Positions 34,558 to 43,105 of a stretch of 64,000 nucleotides of DNA are shown one piece after another; the stretch's first letter is position 1; the number at the start of each line of letters is the position of its first letter. A program made the translations under genes and the position numbers. The notes below the pieces were generated by a model. The model did no database searches and was not told the DNA's origin. It saw only the letters and a program-made list of their open reading frames with translations. This DNA is from an uncultured Bacteroidales bacterium. Its GTDB lineage: Bacteria; Bacteroidota; Bacteroidia; Bacteroidales; FEN-979. The DNA lies in NCBI GenBank assembly GCA_903875045.1, contig CAIQUS010000160.1, forward strand, positions 17-64,016, in the 5' to 3' direction.

Positions 34558-36960
34558 CTACCATATCCTGGGGTATTTATTCGGGCTGTATTCATGCATC
34601 ATCTCATACACCGTTTCAAAGACATCTTCGGCGTTGGGGTTTGAGAAGTAATCGCCATCGTTGGTATATGCCGGGCGATGGTCGTTGGCGGTGAGGGTTC
34701 GTGGCTCGGCATCGAGGTAACGGTAACCCCCTTGCTCCTCCATCACTTTTTGCATCATAAATGCAGTTGCGCCACCCCCGCCATCTTCATCGAAAAAGAG
34801 GATTTTGTTGGTCTTTTTCAATGATTTCAGGATCTCATGATTGATGTCGAAGGGGAGGAGGGTTTGCACATCAATGAGTTCAACGGAAATGCCAAAATCA
34901 GCAATCTGTGGAAGCGCTTCCTGCGCTATTTTTACGCAGGAGCCATAAGTAACGATGGTGATATCGGAACCTTCATGCAAAACCTCAGGAACACCAAGCG
35001 GAATGCGGTAGTTTCCAATGTTGGCCGGCATCTGTTCTTTGAGCCTGTAACCATTCAAAGGTTCGATGACCAAACCTGCGTCATCAGAAGCCATCATGGT
35101 GTTGTAGAAGCCTGCCGCCTGGGTCATGTTGCGCGGTACCATAACGTAAATTCCACGAATGGAGTTGATTACCATGCTGAGTGGGGATCCGGAATGCCAG
35201 ATCCCAACAAGCCTGTGACCACGTGTACTGATGATCAGAGGGGCTTTTTGCCCGCCAACTGTGCGGTAATGGGTTGTGGCCAGGTCGTCGCTCATCACCT
35301 GCAAACCATAGAGCAGATAGTCAAAATATTGTATTTCAGCGATAGGACGTAATCCACGCAACGCCATGCCCAGCCCCTGACCGATGATGGTAGCTTCACG
35401 GATACCTGTATCGGAAACACGGGTTTCCCCATATTTAACCTGCATTCCCTCCAATGTTTGGTTTACACCGCCGATTTTACCAACGTCTTCACCAAAAATA
35501 AGAGCCAATGGATTGGATTTAAACAGAATATCATAATTGGCGTTGAGTACTTCACGACCTGTAACTACCGGGGAATTGTCGTTGAAAACGGGCGGAATAC
35601 CTGTTACTTTGAGGGCGCTGTGTTCCGATTCGCTGTAAAGGTGAGAGCTATACCTGGCAACATTGAGTTTTCGTTGTTCAGCCATCCATACATCGAGGTC
35701 GGCTTTCATTGGAGCCTTCATGCTGCATGAAGTGCATACATCACGCATGATTTTTTTTGCAGCGGAAATAATATCTTTCCTGATTGGTTCGGCAATCGCT
35801 TCGAGATCGGCAACGATCTTGTCGATCCGGGCCTGTTTCTTACATGGGCAGTGGGTTGTTTTCACTACATTGATCAAGTGTTCACGTTCAGCTTTGAAGG
35901 GTGCAAGAAAGGCTTTCCATCCTTTGTCGCGTGCACTTTTGGCAACTTTTACCGCTTCTGCTTCAATGGCATCCAACTCTTCAACAGTAGCAATTTTTTC
36001 ATCAAGGATCCACCTACGCATCCTGGGGATACAATCATGATCTTTTTCCCAGGCAAGTCTTTCGGCCGATTTGTAACGTTCGTGTGAGCCGGAGGTTGAA
36101 TGCCCTTGTGGCTGAGTGAGTTCTCTCACATGAAAAACAACAGGGACCATCTCGTTCCTGCATACAGCCATTCCCTCTTCATACATATCATACAAAGCTG
36201 CATAATCCCATCCCATGCATGAATAGAGACGGATCCCGGGTTTTTTATCATCAGCAACGAAACCTTTCAGTAATTCGGAGATATCCTCCTTGGTTGTCTG
36301 ATATTTCTGTGGAACGGAAATGCCATAACCGTCGTCCCAGATTGACAGTGCAATAGGAACCTGCAATACGCCTGCAGCATTGATGGTTTCAAAAAAGTGG
36401 CCCTCTGATGTCGATGCATCACCTATGGTTCCAATCGCAATTTCATTTCCCCTGATGGTGAATTTTTTTGCTGCATCCCACATATCCGGACTGTTTCGAA
36501 AAACCTTGGATGCCAGGGCCAGACCAAGCAAACGTGGCATTTGTCCTGCGGTTGGGGAAATATCCCCTGAGGAGTTTTTCTGTTTTGTCAAGTCCTTCCA
36601 TTCGCCTTTGTCATCCAGGCTCCTTGTGGCAAAATGAGAATTCATCAAACGTCCGCCGTTGTCTGGGTTTCGCGAAATATCGGTATCTCCGTACAACTGG
36701 GCAAAAAATATGTCAAGATTTGAAAGCCCTGCAGCCATCATAAAGGTTTGGTCGCGATAATACCCCGAACGCCAGTCGCCATCCTGAAAAAACTTCGCTT
36801 TAACGATTTGAGGAATCTCCTTCCCATCGCCAAAAAGCCCAAAATTGGCTTTGCCGCCCAAAACCTCACGTCGGCCGATTAAACTCACCTGACGGCTCTC
36901 ATTTGCAAGTTTGTAATCCTTTAAAACCTCTTCTTTGCTGAATTTGCGTTTTTTTGACAT
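34558..36960 (-). CDS. Fused alpha/beta E1 component of a TPP-dependent 2-oxoacid dehydrogenase
   Basis: 800 aa. The N-terminal half is E1-alpha-like (GDASTSEGHFFE TPP region) and the C-terminal half is transketolase-pyrimidine E1-beta-like (FGEDVG..GGV, DTGIREATIIG). Confidence 0.8.
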   Translation of the reverse strand: MSKKRKFSKEEVLKDYKLANESRQVSLIGRREVLGGKANFGLFGDGKEIPQIVKAKFFQDGDWRSGYYRDQTFMMAAGLSNLDIFFAQLYGDTDISRNPDNGGRLMNSHFATRSLDDKGEWKDLTKQKNSSGDISPTAGQMPRLLGLALASKVFRNSPDMWDAAKKFTIRGNEIAIGTIGDASTSEGHFFETINAAGVLQVPIALSIWDDGYGISVPQKYQTTKEDISELLKGFVADDKKPGIRLYSCMGWDYAALYDMYEEGMAVCRNEMVPVVFHVRELTQPQGHSTSGSHERYKSAERLAWEKDHDCIPRMRRWILDEKIATVEELDAIEAEAVKVAKSARDKGWKAFLAPFKAEREHLINVVKTTHCPCKKQARIDKIVADLEAIAEPIRKDIISAAKKIMRDVCTSCSMKAPMKADLDVWMAEQRKLNVARYSSHLYSESEHSALKVTGIPPVFNDNSPVVTGREVLNANYDILFKSNPLALIFGEDVGKIGGVNQTLEGMQVKYGETRVSDTGIREATIIGQGLGMALRGLRPIAEIQYFDYLLYGLQVMSDDLATTHYRTVGGQKAPLIISTRGHRLVGIWHSGSPLSMVINSIRGIYVMVPRNMTQAAGFYNTMMASDDAGLVIEPLNGYRLKEQMPANIGNYRIPLGVPEVLHEGSDITIVTYGSCVKIAQEALPQIADFGISVELIDVQTLLPFDINHEILKSLKKTNKILFFDEDGGGGATAFMMQKVMEEQGGYRYLDAEPRTLTANDHRPAYTNDGDYFSNPNAEDVFETVYEMMHEYSPNKYPRIW

Positions 36961-36992
36961 TGGTTGAATGGTTAATTAGAAGAATAATATTT

Positions 36993-37040
36993 GGTGAACA
37001 GGTAAACAGGTGAACAGGTGAACAGGTAAACAGGTAAACG
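36993..37040. repeat. Six tandem 8-nt units (GGTRAACA)
   Basis: ggtgaaca ggtaaaca ggtgaaca ggtgaaca ggtaaaca ggtaaacg. This is the reverse complement of the word at 30804..30867. Confidence 0.9.
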
Positions 37041-37067
37041 GGTTTGGTTTTACATCAATTGTCATTC

Positions 37068-37102
37068 TAAATCGTAAATCCCAAATCCTAATTCGTAAAT
37101 CA
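37068..37102. repeat. Five tandem 7-nt units (TAAATCN family)
   Basis: taaatcg taaatcc caaatcc taattcg taaatca. The array abuts the rubrerythrin stop codon (37103) and uses the same AAATCCC word as the sucB linker repeat. Confidence 0.8.
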
Positions 37103-37681
37103 TCAATAGTTCTCCTGTACCACCTCAAAATACCCCACCGGGTGATTGCAAACCGGACAATTTTGCAATGCTTTTATCCCATAATGAATGTATCCGCATT
37201 TACGGCATACCCAATAGGTTTTTTCATCTTTTTCGAAAACACGATTTTTTTCGAGGTTGTTCAGCAGTTTCCGATAGCGTTTTTCATGGTGTTCTTCCAC
37301 AGTGGCGATTAGTTTGAATGCCATGGATGCTTTTGAAAAACCCTCCTCGGCGGCGATTTTGCTGAATTCGGGATAGAGTTCGGTCCACTCTTCATGTTCC
37401 CCGTCAGCGGCTGATTTCAGGTTTTCGGAAGTGGTCCCGATCACACCTGCAGGATAGGTTGCGGTGATTTCAACCGGGCCACCTTCGAGAAAAGAAAAAA
37501 AGATTTTTGCGTGGCTTTCCTCATTCAGTGCAGTTTCTGCGAAAAAGTCAGAGATTTGCTCAAAGCCTTCTTTTTTTGCCTGTTTGGCGTAAAAAGTGTA
37601 GCGATTTTTTGCCTGCGATTCCCCTGCAAATGCTTTCAGCAGGTTTTTCTCGGTTTTTGTTCCTTTGATGCTATTTTCCAT
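37103..37681 (-). CDS. rbr: Rubrerythrin
   Basis: 192 aa with a di-iron four-helix bundle (EESHAKIF, EEHHEKRY) and a C-terminal rubredoxin-like CRKCG...CPVC. Confidence 0.9.
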   Translation of the reverse strand: MENSIKGTKTEKNLLKAFAGESQAKNRYTFYAKQAKKEGFEQISDFFAETALNEESHAKIFFSFLEGGPVEITATYPAGVIGTTSENLKSAADGEHEEWTELYPEFSKIAAEEGFSKASMAFKLIATVEEHHEKRYRKLLNNLEKNRVFEKDEKTYWVCRKCGYIHYGIKALQNCPVCNHPVGYFEVVQENY

Positions 37682-37706
37682 AGTTGTACAGATTATTTTG
37701 GAGTAT

Positions 37707-37714
37707 CAAAGGTA
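37707..37714 (-). promoter_or_regulatory. Candidate -7 box TACCTTTG for rubrerythrin
   Basis: The plus-strand text caaaggta lies 26 nt upstream of the ATG at 37681. Confidence 0.35.
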
Positions 37715-37763
37715 CACCAAAAAATCGAGATTGGAAATTGGAAAATTCAAAACTGAAAACCTG

Positions 37764-37922
37764 CTATCGCATTTTTACATAATCGTCCTTTCCAACGCCA
37801 CAAATCGGGCATACCCAATCATCCGGGATATCTTCAAAGGCGGTTCCTGGTGCAATTCCCGAGTCGGGATCACCAATAGCAGGGTCATAAACATGACCGC
37901 AAACAGTGCATTTATATTTCAT
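37764..37922 (-). CDS. Rubredoxin, 52 aa (missed by the ORF track)
   Basis: Hand translation gives [52 protein letters not shown]. CxxCG and CPxCG motifs are present. It starts 6 nt after the gpx stop. Confidence 0.9.
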   Translation of the reverse strand: MKYKCTVCGHVYDPAIGDPDSGIAPGTAFEDIPDDWVCPICGVGKDDYVKMR

Positions 37923-37927
37923 ACTTG

Positions 37928-38473
37928 TTATTTCTCAATCCAGTTGATAATTTTTTCATCGAAAGGTTTGTCGCCAGGGGCGGCAAAACCCACAACTTCG
38001 CCTTGTTCATTGATCATGAATTTCTGGAAGTTCCATTTTACCGGGGCATCCAAAATGCCATTCTGATCTTTCGATGTCAGCCAACTGTACAGCGGGTCTA
38101 TGTCTTTTCCTTTTACAGAGATTTTGGCCATCATTGGAAACGTGACCTGATACTTGCTTGTGCAGAATTCTTTGATTTCAGCATTTGTTCCTGGCTCCTG
38201 ACTTAAAAAATTGTTGGCCGGAAAACCTATGATCACAAAATTTTTGTCGCTGTATTTTTTATACAGTTCTTCGAGTTGCGCATATTGTGGAGTGTAACCG
38301 CATTTGGATGCCACATTGACCACCAAAACCTTCTTTCCTTTTAAGGTTGAAAAATCGAATGGCTGTTCATCAATGGTCGTAGCTTTAAAGTCGTAAATTG
38401 TTTTTTTATTTTGTGCACTGGTCATGGCCGTTATTGCGAGGAAGGTTAACATAAAAAGCAATGTTCTCATCAT
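37928..38473 (-). CDS. gpx: Glutathione peroxidase (Cys-type), secreted
   Basis: [28 protein letters not shown] and WNFQKF are GPx signature motifs. There is an N-terminal signal peptide, and the peroxidatic residue is Cys (TGC), not Sec. Confidence 0.9.
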   Translation of the reverse strand: MMRTLLFMLTFLAITAMTSAQNKKTIYDFKATTIDEQPFDFSTLKGKKVLVVNVASKCGYTPQYAQLEELYKKYSDKNFVIIGFPANNFLSQEPGTNAEIKEFCTSKYQVTFPMMAKISVKGKDIDPLYSWLTSKDQNGILDAPVKWNFQKFMINEQGEVVGFAAPGDKPFDEKIINWIEK

Positions 38474-38511
38474 AAATTGTTTGGTTTTAAATTGATTGTA
38501 TAAACTGGCTG

Positions 38512-38519
38512 CAAAGATA
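38512..38519 (-). promoter_or_regulatory. Candidate -7 box TATCTTTG for gpx-rubredoxin
   Basis: The plus-strand text caaagata lies 39 nt upstream of the ATG at 38473. Confidence 0.3.
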
Positions 38520-38644
38520 CAAAAATGCTGAGTTGTTTGGAAATGTTCTAAATAATAAATTTTGTAGAAAAATAATATTATTATTTACTTCGATTAAATT
38601 CTTATCTTTATAGTTTCAGTTTTTAGTGAAGCCAGGGTTTTATT

Positions 38645-39223
38645 ATGCGGCAGTTTTTTTTCTATTGTAGATCAGCATTAATTCTTGCGGGAGGATTTTT
38701 TTTTGCATGCAGCAATTCCGACTCACCTCCGGGCTTAAATCCGGGAATAAATAACAACAATATGTCAAACAAAATTGAAATTGGGAGCAAGGCCCCTGAT
38801 TTTTCATTGCCGGATCAACGTGGAAACAGGGTGAACCTGAGCGATTATCTTGGGAAATCGAACATGGTGATTTATTTTTATCCAAAAGATGAATCGTATG
38901 GCTGCACAAAGGAAGCGTGTAGTTTTAGGGATAATTATGAGGTTTTTAAGAAATCCGGCGCAGTGGTGATTGGAATATCTTCCGATGACATTGCCTCCCA
39001 TCAGGCATTTGCAGCAAATCATAAACTGCCATTCCTCCTTCTTTCCGACAAAGATAAAACGGTTGCCGAAAAATATGGCGTGGGTAAATCTCTGGGAATT
39101 TTACCTGGTCGTGTTACCTTTGTGATCGACAAAAAAGGCATTGTCAGGCTGATGTTTTCTTCTCAGCTCAATTTTGAAAAACATGTCAGCGAATCACTGG
39201 ATATATTGAAGAAAATTGAGTGA
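38645..39223 (+). CDS. bcp: Peroxiredoxin, Bcp/PrxQ type, with lipoprotein-like signal
   Basis: FYPKDESYGCTKEAC active-site context and AVVIGISSDD. The N-terminal hydrophobic segment ends in ...FFFACS. Confidence 0.85.
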   Translation: MRQFFFYCRSALILAGGFFFACSNSDSPPGLNPGINNNNMSNKIEIGSKAPDFSLPDQRGNRVNLSDYLGKSNMVIYFYPKDESYGCTKEACSFRDNYEVFKKSGAVVIGISSDDIASHQAFAANHKLPFLLLSDKDKTVAEKYGVGKSLGILPGRVTFVIDKKGIVRLMFSSQLNFEKHVSESLDILKKIE

Positions 39224-39238
39224 TGAAAGACAAATGGG

Positions 39239-39688
39239 TCAGAAAATAAATTTTTTGTCTTTTTTCAGGTCGTTTTCTATCCCTTCAGGGGTTAACAAAT
39301 CTTTTTTCTCTTTAGGGTAAAATGAATCAGGCAGTAGTTGAATGTGCATGCTGAGCAGTAAATGGTCCATGATAATCAGCAGGAGGGTCCCGACAAATGG
39401 CAAAGGAATAAGCATTACCGGGACGATAACACCCGAACTCCTTAATATGTCAACTGTATGCTTTTTGAATTTCTTTTTCTCCTCCCGGGTAATATTTTCC
39501 TTTTTGATGAACTTCGTAAGAATGGTGAAGGTTTCTTTGGTTTCAAACGCTTCAGTTTTTATACCGGTTGAATACCTGTCGGCCTCACCCAGGAACATTC
39601 TTGCATAACCTGCAATCAGTTCCTTCACGCGTGGCAGCGTAAATAGTCTTAAAAAATAGCTAATGATCTTCTTACGCAGCGAATTCAT
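39239..39688 (-). CDS. Hypothetical membrane protein
   Basis: 149 aa with one clear hydrophobic segment (VIVPVMLIPLPFVGTLLLIIMDHLLL). No family recognised. Confidence 0.5.
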   Translation of the reverse strand: MNSLRKKIISYFLRLFTLPRVKELIAGYARMFLGEADRYSTGIKTEAFETKETFTILTKFIKKENITREEKKKFKKHTVDILRSSGVIVPVMLIPLPFVGTLLLIIMDHLLLSMHIQLLPDSFYPKEKKDLLTPEGIENDLKKDKKFIF

Positions 39689-39725
39689 AATTCGATATTC
39701 ATAATTCGGTATTCGATATTCATTC
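39684..39725. repeat. Six tandem 7-nt units (TTCRNTA)
   Basis: ttcataa ttcgata ttcataa ttcggta ttcgata ttcattc. The array spans the entire spacer from the stop of the Pmp3-like gene (39724) to the start codon of the 149-aa gene (39688). Confidence 0.85.
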
Positions 39726-39879
39726 AGCTCCTTCGCATGTTAAACACAATCGCTGCAATGACCCCCGGGATCCAGCCGCAGCAGGTAAGAATGAATACAA
39801 GGAGTATGGCACCACATCCCCTGTCGAGAACAGCCAGAGGTGGAAAGATGATGCAAATGATTGCTCTGAGGATTCCCAT
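39724..39879 (-). CDS. YqaE/Pmp3-family small hydrophobic proteolipid, 51 aa (missed by the ORF track)
   Basis: Hand translation gives MGILRAIICIIFPPLAVLDRGCGAILLVFILTCCGWIPGVIAAIVFNMRRS. The FPPLAV...GWIPG pattern is typical of UPF0057. Confidence 0.7.
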   Translation of the reverse strand: MGILRAIICIIFPPLAVLDRGCGAILLVFILTCCGWIPGVIAAIVFNMRRS

Positions 39880-40179
39880 AACGATAAAACTTTCAGTCAA
39901 AGGTAGGTAAAATGAAATTGTTTATACCAAGAAAGGTTAATCTGGTTCATTCATATAAATCCAAAAGGCCAAAATGTTTCAAATTTAATAGTATTTATAA
40001 AAAAATCTCGTCGGTGATGATTGATGAAGGGGTTGTTAGAAATTGTAACTTTATGCCCACGATTGCATGATTAATCCTGTAAGGTATTTCTTTCGACGGA
40101 TTGATTTTTAGAATCACAAATGAAAATGTCAAAGGACAAAATTGCAAACCAGGAGTTTTAAAATATGTCATCAAAATAA

Positions 40180-40875
40180 ATGAAAACATTTCACAGCGAC
40201 ATCTCAAATCTTGAATTCCCTGTTTCCGAAAGAATATCAGGGAAGTCCATCAGACTCTCAATTTTAGATTTAATTCAAAAGGATCATCCGCAATTTTCTA
40301 CTGATAAATATTTATCGATCAGCGAATTAAATACCTATCGGGAACAGTATATCGAAGGTTTTCTGAAAAAGCAAGTTGGCAGCCTGAATGATTTAGACCA
40401 GACCGTACTGGAGTCGTTAAAAGGTAAAACCACACTGACAGACAAATTAGATGCGGAGGATATTCATGCAATGACGTTTGGCCAAAGAATCGCTGACCAG
40501 GTGGCCGCATTTGGCGGTAGTTGGACGTTCATTATTTCTTTTGCCGTGTTCCTTTTAATCTGGATTTGCGTCAATGTATATTGGTTGGGAAACCGGGGAT
40601 TTGATCCTTATCCATTCATACTGTTGAACTTAATCTTATCGAGTTTAGCAGCCATCCAGGCACCGGTCATCATGATGAGTCAAAATCGTCAGGAGGAAAA
40701 AGACAGAGAACGTGGTAAAAAGGATTATATGATTAACCTTAAATCGGAACTTGAAATCAGGATGTTACATGAAAAAATTGATCATTTGATTGTGAACGAA
40801 CAACAGGAAGTGCTGGAGATTCATAAAGTACAGATAGAGATGATGAATGATATCATCAGACGGCTTGAAAAATAG
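40180..40875 (+). CDS. DUF1003-domain membrane protein
   Basis: FGQRIADQVAAFGGSWTFIISF, DPYPFILLNLILSSLAAIQAPVIMMSQNRQ and KDRERGKKDY form the characteristic DUF1003 core. Confidence 0.75.
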   Translation: MKTFHSDISNLEFPVSERISGKSIRLSILDLIQKDHPQFSTDKYLSISELNTYREQYIEGFLKKQVGSLNDLDQTVLESLKGKTTLTDKLDAEDIHAMTFGQRIADQVAAFGGSWTFIISFAVFLLIWICVNVYWLGNRGFDPYPFILLNLILSSLAAIQAPVIMMSQNRQEEKDRERGKKDYMINLKSELEIRMLHEKIDHLIVNEQQEVLEIHKVQIEMMNDIIRRLEK

Positions 40876-40890
40876 TGATATTGGCCCGGG

Positions 40891-41685
40891 TTAATTTTGG
40901 TATAATTCTTTTGCTCCCCATTTTTCAAAGACCCCCAATCCAAATAGTGCAAAATCATATTTCACAGGGTCTTTGGGATCAAGCAGTCGTAAATTCGCAT
41001 CCAGTTCCAGTAATGCCCTGGCATCATTTTGCTTTCTTGTAAGCAGCCCCAGTATTCTTGCGACATTTCCGGAATGAACATCCAGGGGGCAGGAAAGTTT
41101 TGATGGTGAAATGGATGACCATAAACCAAAGTCCACGCCAGTATTGTCTTTTCGAATCATCCACCTTAAGAACATGTTGATTTTTTTAGCCGCTGACCCT
41201 TTAAATGGGTCTGAAATGTGTTTTACAGTTCTTTGGCAATGTGGTGTTTCGAAAAACACCTTATAAAGTTGGTGAATAGCTGGTTGTAGTGATTCATTGG
41301 TTTGATATAGATCAAATACACCTTCCAGCCCCTGCTTATGAATATATATGTGTTGTAACGCCTTGATAAAATGAATAAAATCAACTGAATTAAAAGTACG
41401 GTGCACAAAACCCGCCAATTTGTCCAGATGATAATCTTCATGATTCATGATGAAATCATAAGGAGAATCACTCATCATCTCCATCATACGATGTCCACTG
41501 GTCAGAATCATTTTTCGGTTACCCCAGGCAATAGAGGCAACAAGGAATCCCGCAACCTCAATATCTTCTTTTAAGGTATACCGATGCGGTAAGCTTATTG
41601 GGTCTGTTTCAATAAAGCCAATGGTATTGTATTGGATTACCTTTGCTTCCAGAAAATCTTTCAGCTCATCACCACTCAAATCCAC
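40891..41685 (-). CDS. TIGR02757/DUF2400-family protein (uncharacterised)
   Basis: 264 aa with a GTG start overlapping the OFOR gamma stop by 1 nt (TAGTG). The family assignment is from memory of the conserved N-terminus (ETDPISLPHRY) and the CPLDVH motif. Confidence 0.6.
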   Translation of the reverse strand: MDLSGDELKDFLEAKVIQYNTIGFIETDPISLPHRYTLKEDIEVAGFLVASIAWGNRKMILTSGHRMMEMMSDSPYDFIMNHEDYHLDKLAGFVHRTFNSVDFIHFIKALQHIYIHKQGLEGVFDLYQTNESLQPAIHQLYKVFFETPHCQRTVKHISDPFKGSAAKKINMFLRWMIRKDNTGVDFGLWSSISPSKLSCPLDVHSGNVARILGLLTRKQNDARALLELDANLRLLDPKDPVKYDFALFGLGVFEKWGAKELYQN

Positions 41686-42239
41686 TAATTTAATACATGC
41701 ACAGCTGTGAGCAAATCTTTCCCGATCTCAATGGCTTTTTCATTTTCCGGGATGAGCGTATGGTGGCGGGCAGGAAGCGATTTTTCCAATCCTTTGTGGA
41801 TGTATTCCGGGGCGACCAATGGCTTTAGCTTGAGGAAGCCTCCAAGTACGATCATGTTGAAAATTTTAGAAAGGCCCCTTTTCCCGGCTTCATCGGCTGC
41901 CTCAATCGAATAGATATTGATATCCTTTCGTTCGGGAAACCGTGTAAGGCCGTTAGGATCGTAAATGAGCAATCCGCCCGGTTTGACGGTTTTTTCAAAT
42001 TTATCCATCGATTGCTGGTTCAGAATGATGGCTGTATCGTAGGAGTTCAGGATTGGGGAACTGATGCGTTCATCACTGATGATCACTGTAACATTGGCGG
42101 TTCCGCCCCGCATTTCAGGGCCATACGATGGCATCCAGCTGACCTCTTTATTTTGCATCACTCCGGAATAGGCCAGAATCTTACCCATGGAGAGGACACC
42201 CTGTCCGCCAAAACCTGCAATTATGATTTCTTCTGTCAT
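41685..42239 (-). CDS. 2-oxoacid:ferredoxin oxidoreductase gamma subunit
   Basis: 184 aa with IIIAGFGGQGVLSMG and GPEMRGG, typical of POR/VOR/KOR gamma. Confidence 0.85.
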   Translation of the reverse strand: MTEEIIIAGFGGQGVLSMGKILAYSGVMQNKEVSWMPSYGPEMRGGTANVTVIISDERISSPILNSYDTAIILNQQSMDKFEKTVKPGGLLIYDPNGLTRFPERKDINIYSIEAADEAGKRGLSKIFNMIVLGGFLKLKPLVAPEYIHKGLEKSLPARHHTLIPENEKAIEIGKDLLTAVHVLN

Positions 42240-42241
42240 AT

Positions 42242-42290
42242 AATTTGAATAACGAATATTGAAAAAGGAATTTTGAAGGTTGAAGGGATT
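42242..42290. repeat. Degenerate 7-nt periodic tract (ANNNNGA x7) in the beta-gamma intercistronic spacer
   Basis: aatttga ataacga atattga aaaagga attttga aggttga agggatt. This is weaker than the other arrays. Confidence 0.45.
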
Positions 42291-43103
42291 TTATTCTTTA
42301 ACAGGTGCTTCTTTTTTTTCGATAAGTTTTCCGTCTACCTTAATATCTCCAAGCTCATAGAACGGGAACATATTCTCTTCCATCCACTTATTGGATTGGA
42401 CTGGCGTCATTTTCCAGCCTGAATTGCAATTGGAAACGATTTCAATAAAGCACAATCCTTTGTTTTCCTTTTGAAGTTCAAAGGCCTTTCTGAGGGCTTT
42501 TTTTGTTTTCCGAACATGGCTTGGCGTATGAACTGCCTGGCGGGTAACATAATATACCCCCGGAAGATGTGAGATCAGTTCTGTGATTTTCAGCGGGTGA
42601 CCCATTGTAGGTACATCGCGGCCATACGGAGAGGTGGAGGAACGCATTCCGGGAAGGGTTGTGGGGGCCATCTGGCCACCGGTCATCCCGTAAATGCCAT
42701 TGTTGATAAAGATAATGGTGATATTTTCGCCACGGTTACAGGCATGAATTGTTTCAGCCGTACCAATGGCAGCGAGGTCACCATCGCCCTGGTATGTAAA
42801 CACGAAATGGTTTGGCCACATCCTTTTGATAGCTGTTGCCAGCGCAGGTGCGCGTCCGTGAGCAGCGCCGATCATATCGATATCGAGAAAATCGTATGCC
42901 AGTACAGAACAGCCAACCGGTGAAACACCGATGGTTTTATCCTGTATGTCCATTTCCTCGATGACTTCCATCAACATGCGGTGTGCTGTACCATGACCGC
43001 AGCCAGGACAGTAACTAAGGGGCCGGTCGACAAGCAGGTCGGTCCTTTTATAGACGATATTTTCCGGTTTTCGTATTTCGGTTTTTGCGAATTGTTCTTC
43101 CAT
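42291..43103 (-). CDS. 2-oxoacid:ferredoxin oxidoreductase beta subunit (TPP-binding)
   Basis: YCPGCGHGTAH, GCSVLAY and the TPP motif GDGDLAAIGTAE. Confidence 0.85.
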   Translation of the reverse strand: MEEQFAKTEIRKPENIVYKRTDLLVDRPLSYCPGCGHGTAHRMLMEVIEEMDIQDKTIGVSPVGCSVLAYDFLDIDMIGAAHGRAPALATAIKRMWPNHFVFTYQGDGDLAAIGTAETIHACNRGENITIIFINNGIYGMTGGQMAPTTLPGMRSSTSPYGRDVPTMGHPLKITELISHLPGVYYVTRQAVHTPSHVRKTKKALRKAFELQKENKGLCFIEIVSNCNSGWKMTPVQSNKWMEENMFPFYELGDIKVDGKLIEKKEAPVKE

Positions 43104-43105
43104 GA

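Noticed and set aside
37928-38473. Selenocysteine-type glutathione peroxidase
   Set aside because: The peroxidatic position is a TGC Cys codon within VASKCGYT, with no in-frame TGA.
38560-38590. PerR/Fur-type operator in the gpx/bcp divergent region
   Set aside because: The AT palindrome ATAATATTAT is exact, but the region is extremely AT-rich and does not match the 7-1-7 Per-box consensus. It is mentioned only as a low-weight note in a finding.
39880-40179. 300-nt gene-free spacer as an ncRNA or small-protein locus
   Set aside because: The only ORFs (about 57 aa on plus, 70 aa on minus) have implausible composition, and I could not recognise any conserved RNA structure or riboswitch motif.
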